Origin: Eledone cirrhosa
Lineage: Eukaryota
Length of the DNA: 64,000 nucleotides
Direction: 5' to 3'
NCBI GenBank assembly: GCA_964016885.1
Contig: OZ024750.1
Coordinates: forward strand, 51,150,001-51,214,000
Numbering within the stretch: the first letter of the stretch is position 1; every line of letters begins with the position of its first letter. The notes below the pieces were generated by a model. That model was given only the letters and a program-made list of their open reading frames with translations, was not told where the DNA came from and ran no database searches. The position numbers were made by a program, and so were the translations under genes. Below, piece by piece: positions 52,938 to 64,000 of this stretch.

Positions 52938-53725
52938 CTATTCTCAGCTAAGCTTCCAGGCAATGCGAGGACACTGGGAACTTATATAAAAATAATTCAG
53001 TGGATGGAAAAAAGCGAGCGGGGACTAGATTCCAAGACATTGAAAAATTCACTGCCTACTTGGTCAAGTGGCAAATTCAAAAGAATCAATCACGTGACAC
53101 TGAGGTTAATCAGTGAGGAGTGGGGTGCTATTAAGACAGGGCCTAGCCACTACTATTAATCATAGTAGTAATTTCGGCAAGTTTTGCTCAACAAATAATT
53201 TGGAGATAATTATAAAGAATTAGTATATCTACCTTACAGAATTAGTATATCTACCCCTTACAGAAACTAATTAGTTGGAGTGAAATTTTAGTAAGTAAGT
53301 CAATTTTCATAACTTTCTTATTTACGTCTTTCATATAATTGCTCTGCATCCCCTTGCATAGAACCACAAAGTTACTAAGACAAAACATATATATTTGCTA
53401 GCATAGGTATGCATCTGTATACATATGTTGGTAGATATACTAATTCTTTATAATTACCTCCAAATTATTTGTTGAGCAAAACTTGCCGAAATTACTACTA
53501 TGATTAATAGTAGTGGCTAGGCCCTGTTTTAATAGCACCCCACTCCTCACTGATTAACCTCAGTGTCACGTGATTGATTCTTTTGAATTTGCCACTTGAC
53601 CAAGTAGGCAGTGAATTTTTCAATGTCTTGGAATCTAGTCCCCGCTCGCTTTTTTCCATCCACTGAATTATTTTTATATAAGTTCCCAGTGTCCTCGCAT
53701 TGCCTGGAAGCTTAGCTGAGAATAG

Positions 53726-53806
53726 ACTCCCTGATGACGTAAGGTTTCTCTGTGGATACGCTCCGTAACCATATTTATCCCCTTACAGAAACTAATTAGT
53801 TGGAGT
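53726..53806 (+). ncRNA. Type-I minimal hammerhead ribozyme
   Basis: Stem I ACTCC/GGAGT, CTGATGA (53731-37), stem II GTAAGG/CCTTAC, GAAA (53788-91), self-complementary stem III ACTAATTAGT, GUU site. Confidence 0.78.
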
Positions 53807-53974
53807 GAAATTTTAGTAAGTAAGTCAATTTTCATAACTTTCTTATTTACGTCTTTCATATAATTGTTCTGCATCCCCTTGCATAGAACCACAAAGTTAC
53901 TAAGACAAAACATATATATTTGCTAGCATAGGTATGCATCTGTATACATATGTTGGTAGATATACTAATTCTTT

Positions 53975-54064
<90 letters not shown>
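53975..54064. repeat. (GATA)n microsatellite
   Basis: Direct inspection. Confidence 0.98.
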
Positions 54065-55545
54065 TTCTTTATTTGCCACAAGGTCACACAAGAAAAGGGG
54101 ACAATACAAGACATGCCGTGGATTTTACATACAGTCGTGTAAACAATATAAAACAAACAATTACAACAAACGAAATCCCCATAGGGAGGAAGCGCCACAA
54201 ATGGGTTGTTTAATACCCCGTAGATAGAACAACCCTCAACTTCAGGAGCGTGTTGTGCAAGTGGTCCTTTCTTCCTTTTGCTCTCTTCTTTAACCTACAG
54301 GCTTATAAACAGAGAAGGCCCTATCACTCGGGCCATTTTCGCTTCATTCACCGACCTTTCAGTAAATTTACTGGGGTGCAGTGCCTCTCTCTCTATTCTG
54401 ATTCTCCTTCTAAAGTGGTATCTAAAGAAGCGAATGAGATGTTGTCCGGAGAGAAAGGCATCTGTCCTCAGTCCTCTCAATCTCGTCCACCATATAATCT
54501 ATTTCACCATGGCCACTGTGCAGAGGAAAATCGCCTCTCTTTCGTTTTTGAAAGAAGCTGGCAGTTTGATCCTATGGATTCGGCAGTCAACTGTTGTTCT
54601 GCATAGCTTCACGGGTCGGTTACGCCCGGGCAGTGTACAATTGCATGCAAGATGGTTTCAATGTTCTGCTCGCATCTTGGACACGGCCTCTTAGAAGGAT
54701 CCCTGCTAGGGCGTCCGTACCTGTAGATATTGTCTCGAACGGGTAGAGCTCCTCGGTAGCACTTCCAGGCCAGTGACCTCTGGAAGTTGTCCACAGGTCC
54801 CGGGCGGAAAGTCCTACCGGACAGACTGGTTAGCTCGTCGGCCTCGACGCCCAGAGTCTCCCCGAACACGTTGTCGCCCTTGTAACGTACTAACCCTCTA
54901 CAGAATGTCAAAGTGGAGTCTCCACTGATTGCTGTGCCCGCTTGAGAGAGGACTGTGAGCGCCTGGGCGCATTCAATGTGCCAGGCGCCAATCTTCTTCT
55001 GTCTTCGCTTGACCCAGGACTGCAGCTCCGACAGCGAGACAATTTGCGAGAAGGCCTGTCTCACAAACGGTGCCCAAACCGGTTGGGCGTCGGTGAGGAA
55101 TACCTGTAGATGCCGTAGCCTCAGTGGCTGCCTGCGGATCATCAGCCACGGCATTTCCAGTCCTCTGTTGGAAGGGTGCTGACAGCAGGCGGATCCCCTC
55201 ACCAGTGGAGCCTGCCTCTTCCAAAGGAACTGGAAGAGCATGCGTTCCATCTTGGCGAGGTGTTCACGGGGACAAGGCACGACGGTCAAGCGGTAGTAGA
55301 TGACGGACGCTATGAAAGTGTTCGCCACCTCCGCTCGACCTTTCAAGGATAGTTTGCATTCTGCCCATTTCTGGGTGAGCGCAAACACCTTGGTCCGGAC
55401 ATCGTCCCAGTTTTCCTCCACCTGGAGCTCTGGACCGAACCAGACCCCGAGAAATTCCACCGGTCCGTCTGACCAGCGTCCGACTAAGCTGTCGGACGGC
55501 ATCGGTTTGCCTCTCCACGTTCCGAGTTGCAAACCGACAGACTTG
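54065..55545 (-). mobile_element. 5'-truncated Tx1/L1-clade LINE (late RT, C-terminal Cys/His motif, 3' end)
   Basis: FLGVWFGP, LSLKGRAEVANTFIAS, LFQFLWK, CPRC..ETILHAIVHCP. The 3' end AATAAAGAAA runs into (TCTA)n. Confidence 0.88.
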
Positions 55546-58500
55546 TTGTTTTATACCCCGTAGATAGGACAACCCTCAATCCCAGGAGCATAATTTGCAA
55601 GTGCTCCTTTTTTCTTTTCGCTCTCTTCCTTAACCTACATGTTTATATACAAAGAAGGCCCGATCACTTGGGCCATTCTCGCCACATTCACCTACCTTTC
55701 AGTAAATTTACTGGGGTGCAGTGCCTCTCTCTCCACTCTGATTTTCCTTCTGAATTGGTATCTAAAGAAGGGAATGAGATGTTGTCCGGAGAGAAAGGCA
55801 TCTGTCCTCAGTCTTCTCAATCTCGTCCACCATATAACTTCTTTCACCATAGCCACCATACAGAGAAAACCCTCTTTCCTTCGTTTTTAAATGAAGGTGG
55901 CGGTTTGATCCTTACTATGGACTCGGCAGTCAATTGGATTTGTCCCATACGCGACAGCAGTTGTTCTGCGTAGTTCCATAGGTCGGTTACCCCCGGGAAG
56001 TGTACAATTGCATGCAGGACGGTTTCAATGTTCTGCTCACATCTTGGGCACGTCCTTTTTGAAGGATCACTGCCGGGGCGTCCGTGCCTGTAGATCTTGC
56101 CGCGTACTGGTAGAGCTCCTCGGTAGCACTGCAAGGCCAGGGACTTTTGGATGTTGTCCATGGTTCCCGAGCGGAAAGTCCTACCGAACAGCCTGGTCAT
56201 CTCGTCTTCTTCGAGCCCAGAGTCTCTCCGAGAATGTCGTCGCACTTGTTCCGTACTAACCCTCTATAGAATGTCGAAGTGGAGTCTCCACTGATTGCTG
56301 TGCCCGCTTGACAGAGGACTGTGAGCGCCTGAGCGCATTCGATGTGCCAGGTGCCCATTTTCTTCGGTATCTGCTTGACCCAGGACTGCAGAGAGACAAG
56401 TTGCGACCAGTTGGTCGGTGAGGAATACCTGGAGATGCCGTAGCCTCAGTGCGTGTTTGCGCATCATTAGCCACGGCTTCCCAGCCCTCCGTTGGAAGGG
56501 TGCTGGCAGCAGACGGATCTCCTCACCAGTGGAGCTTGCTTCCTCCAAAGGAATTGGAAGAGCTTGCGTTCCATTTTGGTGAAGTTTTCACGGGGACAAG
56601 GCACGAAGCGGTAGTAGATGACGGACGCCATGAAAGTGTTCGCCACCTCCACTCGACCTTGATAGTTTGCACTCTGCCCACTTCTGGGTGAGCGCAAATA
56701 CATCGGTTTGCCTCTCCACGTTCCGAGCTGCAAACCTACAAACTTGTCCGAGTTCAGTTTTGCTCCTGCAACCCTTTCGTATTCCTTTAGTAAGTTGCTG
56801 ATCGCCCCAATTACCGAGGTTTTCAACAACATTACTGTCACGTCGTCGACATAACCCGATCCACTTTTCGCGGTCCAAAAGGAGTGCCTTGCAAAAGATC
56901 CAACTTCCGCAGTAGTGGCTCGGGAGTCAGCACGTACAGAATGGAGGCGAGAGAGCATCCCTGTCGGATGGAACGCGTGATTCGGAACGGCTCCGATAGG
57001 TAGCCGTTCACCTTGACTGTCGAGCAGATGTTGTTTTGCATGGCTGTGATCCAACCTCTGAGACGGGACCGAAACCGGCCGCCTTGAGAACTGCTTCCAA
57101 GTATCGATAGTCGACCCTATCAAAAGCCTTAGACTGATCTAAATTTATTAGAGCCGCATCGATCCCCGGTTTACACCCCACCCTCTCTATGATGTATCGC
57201 ATGAAGTGCAGATTGTCGTGTATGGACCTGTTTGGGATTGCACACGTTTGTGCTTTTCCCACCAGTTTCTCGACGACAAGCGCCAGCCTCGCTGCTAACA
57301 CCTTGGCCAAAATCTTTCAGTCTGTTTAAGAGAGTTATGAGCCTGAAGTTGCTTATTTCATCCACCTTGTTCTCGTCTTTTCTGATCAACGTTACTACGA
57401 CCCTGCCTACAGAACTAGGAATTCTCCCGTTCTGCTGCCAGTTGCAGTAGACGGCTTCGAGGACGCCAGAGAACAAATCCGTCATGCCTATGTAAAACTC
57501 ATACGGTAGACCATCTAGACCGGGTGATTTGAGTTTCCCACAGCGGCTTAGAGCGTCCCGTATCTCAGCGGCTGTGACCGGTCTTTCGCAGAACTTCGCG
57601 TACATGCTCGAGAGTAGGCCGTCGAGGTATAAACCGAAGTCCATTGCCTCGTTCGGCGCACCGCTCTGCCCCAACATTTGTTCAAAGTGCTGCTGGAAGG
57701 CCGTGCACATCTTGCTGGAATCATGTAGCACGCGTCCGCTTTGATCTTTCAAAGACCGAATCGTGGACTTGACACTTTTAGCCTCTGGCACTCGGGCCCA
57801 GCTAACAGCTTTTTCTCCTTCGTTTATTAGAGCAAGTGATCTACTCCTGACAACGCAGCCTTCGTGTTTCGCGTCGAAGAAATGATCCAGTGCCGTTCTC
57901 GTTGTTAGCACTCTAGCTGCGTTGCCACTCCTAAGCGCTTCTTCCACTTTGGCTACTAGTTCTCTTTCTATTTTATCTTTTTCTAAAGCTAGTTCTTTGC
58001 TAAAAGCTATGGATTCTAATCTAATTGCTCTCTTGAGAAAGCACCACCACCTATTGTTGACGATGGCTCTCGTCAACTGGTGCTTAACTAAACTACTTAT
58101 TCGTCTACTGTAGGCTTTACGCATCGGTAACGACATCTTCAGCTTCCAGTATCCGGGTCCTTGTCTATGCGTTCTATCATGGTTGACTATGCAGGTGACT
58201 AGTGTGTGGTCTGAATAGGCAACCATGTACATTTGTGGAGAGCTTAACATTTTCTTGTCTTTCTCTCTAATAAATAACCTGTTCAGATACGATCTAGATC
58301 TCCCGCTACGGTTTGTCCATGTCCACTGTGATACAGTCAGGAAATCTAGTCGATATCTATCGGCCAGTTGGAATTGGCCGATTAAATTGTTGAGGCTGTT
58401 GCACCCCCTTCTATTGAGACATATTCCTACATAGTCCCAACGTGCATCCAGGATACCATTCCAGTCACCCATTAAAAGCAAGGAGCGAGACGTTCCCAGA

Positions 58501-60250
58501 AAGGACTCCAGGCGCTTAAAGAAGTCTGGCCGCGATTTACCAGTCGGGCCATAAACAGCCACAAGTCTGAAGCTCCACTCTACCCTCCTATATTTCCTGT
58601 ATTTCGAGGTCCAGGTTTTTCCGAAACAAATCAGCCTCTCCCCTCCACCTCCTGGCTGACAGAGAGATGTGTAGATCTCAAATTCATCGAAGATGGGGGT
58701 TAATAGCTGCTTGTTGTGGATCATGGACTCTCTGATCGCTATCACATCTATACCATGTGATCTAAGGTCATTTAAAAGTTGGCCCTGTTTCTAGGGCATC
58801 CCTAGGCCACGCACATTCACACATCCAACTCGTATATTTGCCATATTGGTGAAGAAGAGTTGGTGAAAAGACGAAAAGTTGCACTTACCTTTTCGTTTCC
58901 TGGAGATCGGGTTGTTCGATCTCCATTTTGGTGTTGGGTGGGGTTGGGAAACATTTCAAGATGACGTGGTTTATGGGTTTCCGGCAAGGGTTTCAAACGT
59001 CCTGCTAGAATTGATCTTTTAGTTTATTGTAGGTTTCTATTGGAACCCTTATCATCTTTAGGTGTGATGCAGTGTCTGATTATGTAAAAGTTTTCCTCTC
59101 GATTTCCACATTAGGTTTTTGTTTTTTGTGTTGATATATGTGTATTGTTGTTTGGATTTTGGTTGCGTTGTTTTTGTTTGTTGTTCGTTTTGTAATTTTC
59201 TTTTGATGGTGGGCATTTGTGTTTGGGGTGGTGTTGGTGTTTGTTTTGCTTATGGGGGGGATTGTGGTGGTGTTTGTGTTGTTGTTTGTGTTAGTGGTAG
59301 TGTGTTTGCGTTGGTGGTTGGTGTTTTTGTGGTTTTGCGGGGTTTTTCTTGATTTTTTTATTTCAGAGGCTCTCCATCTTCGCTTAGGAATGGAGAGGTT
59401 GCCTCATCTGATGAGTTGTCATCAAGGGTGTGTGGGACGGGTATGTTGTGTGGTGACGGGGTGTTTGTGTATGTGGTTGTGGTAGTGTTGGATGGAGTGG
59501 GATAGGGTGGGACTGTGTTTTTCAAGTGAATTGTTTGTGTTTTTTCTGTTGTTTGTGGTTGTGCAGTTATTCGTATTTGTGTGTTTGCTTGTTTTGTGTG
59601 TTGTTGCTGTTGTGGTTTTAGTATTGGTGTTAGTAATTGAACTTTTTTTGTTTGTTAGTGTTTATTCGTAACGGACAGGAGACCTTCAAATGCGATGTCC
59701 TGAAACATCTAAAGCAATGTGGCATTCTACTTCAGTCGCAATGTTATGTCATTTGTATTGTCAACTAGCACTCTCCCTGGAATTTTCGAAATTCTTTCTG
59801 GTTTCATTTGGACCAGAATTTCCAGATTAGTGCCATTCTAGGTGTTCCTGATCAATTTTCTGGTGGAGAGAATGGTGTCCTCGCCCTTCTCCAGGAAGCC
59901 TGCCAAAATCCACCAGATATTAATATTTGGTGGTATATTTGTTATTTTTATTTTTTGTGTCCTTTTTCCCATCTATGTAGGGCAAGAGGTGTATTTTGCA
60001 GAGGTGACCGGGGTCACTGAGTATCTTTGTGGAAGGGCCCCGCTTTTGAAAAGCACCGAAATGCTTCTGTATTGCTTGGTCCTTTGCCTAAAGTCAATGT
60101 CCGGCAAGCCTCCTTCAAGACAGTTTAACCTCGCATTGAATGAGGAATGCCGGTTTTTTTTTTGTGGTGTTGGATATTGTCCTAAATATGACTGTCTTGC
60201 GCAGAGTCTGGGCATGAATTTCGGGGGAAGAATATATTTTAAACTCACCC
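55546..60250 (-). mobile_element. Near full-length decayed Tx1/L1-clade LINE (ORF1 remnant ~58890-60250; ORF2 from ATG at 58844)
   Basis: APE motifs (NVRGL, VAVYGP, GDWN, YSDH, GPGYWKL) and RT motifs (SPGLDGLPYEFY, LDQSKAFDRV, RQGCSL, YVDD). ORF1 zinc knuckle CFRCFRTSHLKVSC at 59673-59722. Confidence 0.9.
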
Positions 60251-61695
60251 ACATCCGTGTTCGAGAGTCGTGGTACGCCGTCGAGGTAGGAACTGAAATC
60301 CATCACCTCCCTTGACGTATCGCTCAGTTGTTCAAAATGCTGCTGAAAGGCCGTGCACATCTGTTTGGATTCAAGTAGAATGCGTCCATCATTGTCTTGC
60401 AACGACCGAATTGTGGATTTGTTGCCACTTTTCGCCTCTGCCACTCGGGCCCAGCTAACAGCTTTGGCTCCCTCGTTTCTTAGAGCACGTGTTCTAATTC
60501 TGACAATACAACCTTCATGTTTCACGTTGAAGAACTGGTCTAGTGCAGTTCTCACCGCTAGCACGTCAGCTTTACTGCCATTCCTAAGGGCCTCTTCTAC
60601 TTTAGCTACCAGTTCCTATTCAGTTTTGTTTTTTTTCTAAAGCTACTTCTTTGCTAAATGCTATCGACTCTACTCTAATTGCTCTGTTGAGAGAGCTCCA
60701 CCACTTGTTGTTGACAATCGCCCCCGTCAACTGGCACTAAACTAAGGTGCTAATCCGTTTACTGTAGGCCTTACGCGCCGGAAGCGACATGTTTAGCTTC
60801 CAGTATCCGGGTCCCTGTCTATGTGTTCTATCAAGGTTGACTACGCAGGTGACTAATTTGTGGTCTGAATAGGCAACTATGTGCATTTGTGGACAGCTTA
60901 ATGTTTCCTTATCATTCTGTCTAATTAAAAATCTATCTAAATACGATCTAGAAGACCCAGTGCGGTTGCTCCACGTCCACAATGGTGCACTTGGAAAGTC
61001 TAATCGATATCTATCAGCCAGTTGGATTTGGCTGGTGACATGTTTGAGGCTATTAGATCCCCCTCTATTATTACAAGCTCCTACAGAGTCCCAACGTGCG
61101 TATAAGATGCCATTCCAGTTCCCGGCTAACACTAAGGAGCGAGACGTTCACAGGAATGGCTCCAGACGCTTGAAGAAATCTGGTCGCGATGTCCCAGTCG
61201 GGGCATATACGGCCACCAGTCTGAAGGCTCCACCTTCACTACCATTAATGTCAAGGACCACCAGGCTGCCCTCCGGGTCCAAGTGAATCGTCTGTATTTT
61301 GAGATCCAAGTTTTTTCGAAACAGAACAGCAACTCCCCTCCATTTCCTGGCTGACAGAGAGATGCGTAGATCTCAAAATCATCGAACATGGGTGTTAGCT
61401 GCTGCTTGTCGTGAATCCTGGACTCGGTGATGGCTATCACATCTATACAATGTGACCTCAGATCATTTAAAAGCTGGCCATGTTCCAGTACATGCCCAGG
61501 CCAACCACATTCAAACAACCAGCTTGTATAGTCGCCATGTTGGTGAAGAAGAGTTAAGGAGAGAAAAGGCAGGAACACATACCTTTTCGTTTCCTCCATG
61601 TCTAGATTGGTGGTGTTTGGGGAGGGAGGGAATCATTTAGCAGGACACGGTTAAGGGGCTTTTGGCAAGGGGGGGCCCCATATCATGTGGGAAGT
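60251..61695 (-). mobile_element. Tx1/L1-clade LINE fragment (end of ORF1 plus APE endonuclease region)
   Basis: GNWN, SYLDRFLI, YSDH and GPGYWKLN motifs. Paralogous to 57600-58900. Confidence 0.85.
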
Positions 61696-61698
61696 TCT

Positions 61699-61704
61699 AG
61701 ATAA

Positions 61705-61745
<41 letters not shown>

Positions 61746-61752
61746 CAGATAA
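61699..61752. repeat. (GATA)n microsatellite
   Basis: Direct inspection. Confidence 0.97.
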
Positions 61753-63590
61753 GTTTCTATTCATTTGCCATGACGGCACAAAAGAAGGGGACAAATACAA
61801 GGGGAGGGGAGTTTACATAAAGGAACCAGTAAAAAACAAATAACAAATATAAAATTAACAATACATTCCTCAATAGGGAGGAGGCATTTTGGAGGTTACA
61901 CACACCCACGAAAAAGTGTGCAACCCTTTTCCTTAGGAGCACAGAGAGGGGGTGCTCCTTTGCACTTCCATCTTTCCACCTACAGGCTGATAAAGAGTGA
62001 AGGCCCATTCACACGGACCATTCTCGCTACTTTCACCCACCTTTCATAAAACTTGCTGGGGTAGAGCACCTCTCCTTCTATTCTGATCCTTCTCTTAAAA
62101 TTGTATTTAAAGAAAAGGACCAGTTGTTAGGCACAGTCGGAAAATCTAGTCTATATCTACCGGCCAGGTCGAATCGGCCGATTAACCCCTTGAGGCTGTT
62201 ACAACCCCCTCTATCAGGACATGCCCTACATAGTCCCAACGTGCATCTAGGATACCATTCCAGTCCCCCACTAAAAGCAAGGAGCGGGACATCCCTAGAA
62301 AAGTCTCCAGACGATGGAAGAAGTCCGGCCGCGTTGACCCAAAAGGGCCGTTGACGGCGACCTAGCCTAAAAGCTCCGCCTTCACCACTGCCAAAGTCCA
62401 GAACCATTAGTCGACCCTCCGGGTCCAAGTGTACCGTCTGTGTAGCGAGACCCAGATGTTTTTGCAGCAGAACGATAACCCCACCCCCACCTCCCGGCTG
62501 ACAGAGAGATGCGTGCATCTCAAAGTCCTCAAAGGTGGAGGCCAGCTGTCGCACGCTGCTGATCCGGGCCTCGCAAATAACCATCACATTTATACATCGT
62601 GACCTGAGGTCATTTAGAAGCATTGCTTGCTTCCAAGGTGAGCCCAGGCCACACGCACTTAGACTACCTATTCTCAACACAGCCATGTTGGTGGTAAAGA
62701 GAAAAGGCACTTACCTCTCTGCGTCACGGGGACCGGGCCGCATATTTCCATGGGGGTGGGGGATGGGTTGTTGGGTGCGGTGGTGGTTTGTGGAAGTGTA
62801 GGGGCATCAGTGTGTGGTGGGGTTGGGGTGTTTGGAGTTGTGTGTGTGTCTGAAGGGGGGGGGGGGTTAGGAGGACACGGTTAATGGGTCTAACGCAGGG
62901 GGGCCCCAAGTCCTCTTTAGAAGTGTCTTTTAATGTTTTGTAAATGTCCATTGGGGCTTTTATCATTTGTAGATGGGGAAGCCCCGTTGCTTGTGCAAAA
63001 TTCGAACCTTCGGTTTTTATTAAGTTGTTATTATAAATAACGTTTAACAGTTTTTTGTTTATTGTATTTATGTAAGTATATGCAAATTTTTCTTTTTGCG
63101 TGATGTTTTTTGTTTGCTGATGTTGTGTGTTTTTTTGTGTTGATGTCTGTGATATGTCTTGGGGAGGGGTTGTTTGTATTTGTGTTCCTGTGGTGTGTTT
63201 TCTTTTTTTTTCTTTTAACTTTATGAAAGTGTCCCCCCCCCCTCGTCTGACGACGAAAGGGGGTCGTCTTCCGTATTCGAGGGGAGGGGTTCATTTTCGG
63301 CTCGTGTTTGTGGTGTGGGTGTTATTGTATTTGTTTTTTGTGTGGGAGGGGGTTGATTTCAGTTGTGTTTTAACTTGCGGTGTTAGTTGTTTTTGTGGTG
63401 GTGGTGGTGGAGGTTGTGCTGGTAGTGTTGTAGTTGTTGGTGTGGGCAACATCGGTGTTTTTTTGTTTGCTTGGGAACAGGCAGCCCTCAGGTAACCTCT
63501 GCCACTACAGAGATAATAAGCGGGTCGTCTACCCTCCACTGTGGAGGGTATTTTTTGTTTGGGAAAGACTGCCAATGAAAACACAGGCAA
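61753..63590 (-). mobile_element. Internally deleted Tx1/L1-clade LINE (ORF1 part, APE N-terminus joined to 3' end near 62125)
   Basis: Degenerate knuckle YYLCSGRGYLRAAC; MAVLRIGSLSACGL...LLNDLRS. 61753-62125 resembles the 3' end at 54065-54440. Confidence 0.82.
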
Positions 63591-64000
63591 CGGTTGGATT
63601 TCATTTCTGTTTCGCTATTAATCAGGAAATTTATTTATCAGTCAGTTGGTTGATTAATTAATTAGTAATTTTTTAAAGTCCTTCCGCCAAATCCTGCGGC
63701 CTTATCGATTGACTCTAGCCACCCGTGTGTCATATTTTCCATCTTTACGCCTATCTGACCTCATCAGTGAAATATAGTTATTTGAAAAAATCAATATACT
63801 TGCACATCATGTGTGAAATCACGTGACTTATTGGTGGTTTGGGTGCTCAGCCAGCGATCGTAACGTCCTGAATTTGAATCCAACCATAGTGTTGTGTCTT
63901 TGAAAAGAATCTTGGAAAGAAATTAATTGAACCTGTAATTCAAAACACTTGTCACGCTGAAACTCTTTGAAAATTTCATTTAGAGTACATGTGTTTGTGG

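Larger units (their letters stand above)
52812..53974 (+). mobile_element. Retrozyme-like / non-autonomous Penelope-like element: 525-bp monomer in partial tandem plus a 5' inverted copy, inserted in (GATA)n
   Basis: Direct repeats 53254-53450 and 53779-53974. 52812-53232 is the reverse complement of ~53435-53855. Hammerhead present, no credible ORF, GATA repeats on both flanks. Confidence 0.8.

Overview
AT-rich, microsatellite-saturated animal DNA with no recognisable host protein-coding gene. The SINE families and repeat landscape suggest an octopus or other cephalopod (inference). Almost all long ORFs in the track are translations of simple repeats. The real content is mobile DNA: a 5'-truncated RTE LINE with a short non-autonomous partner sharing its 3' tail, a decayed R4/Dong-like retrotransposon, a stack of Tx1/L1-clade LINEs next to (GATA)n tracts, two Helitron derivatives, many tRNA-headed SINEs, and several minisatellites (two 14-bp arrays, a 15-21-bp array, a 57-bp array of about 95 units). 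The most striking signal is a dense set of mostly non-coding Penelope-like/retrozyme-like elements from several families. They carry type-I hammerhead ribozyme motifs (CTGATGA...GAAA...NUH with pairable stems), sit inside (TA)n or (GATA)n tracts, and nearly all are folded back into palindromes of 35 bp to 2.7 kb. One retains a GIY-YIG remnant, and one is a ~525-nt partially tandem retrozyme-like unit. Coordinates were read by eye and element ends may be off by some bases.
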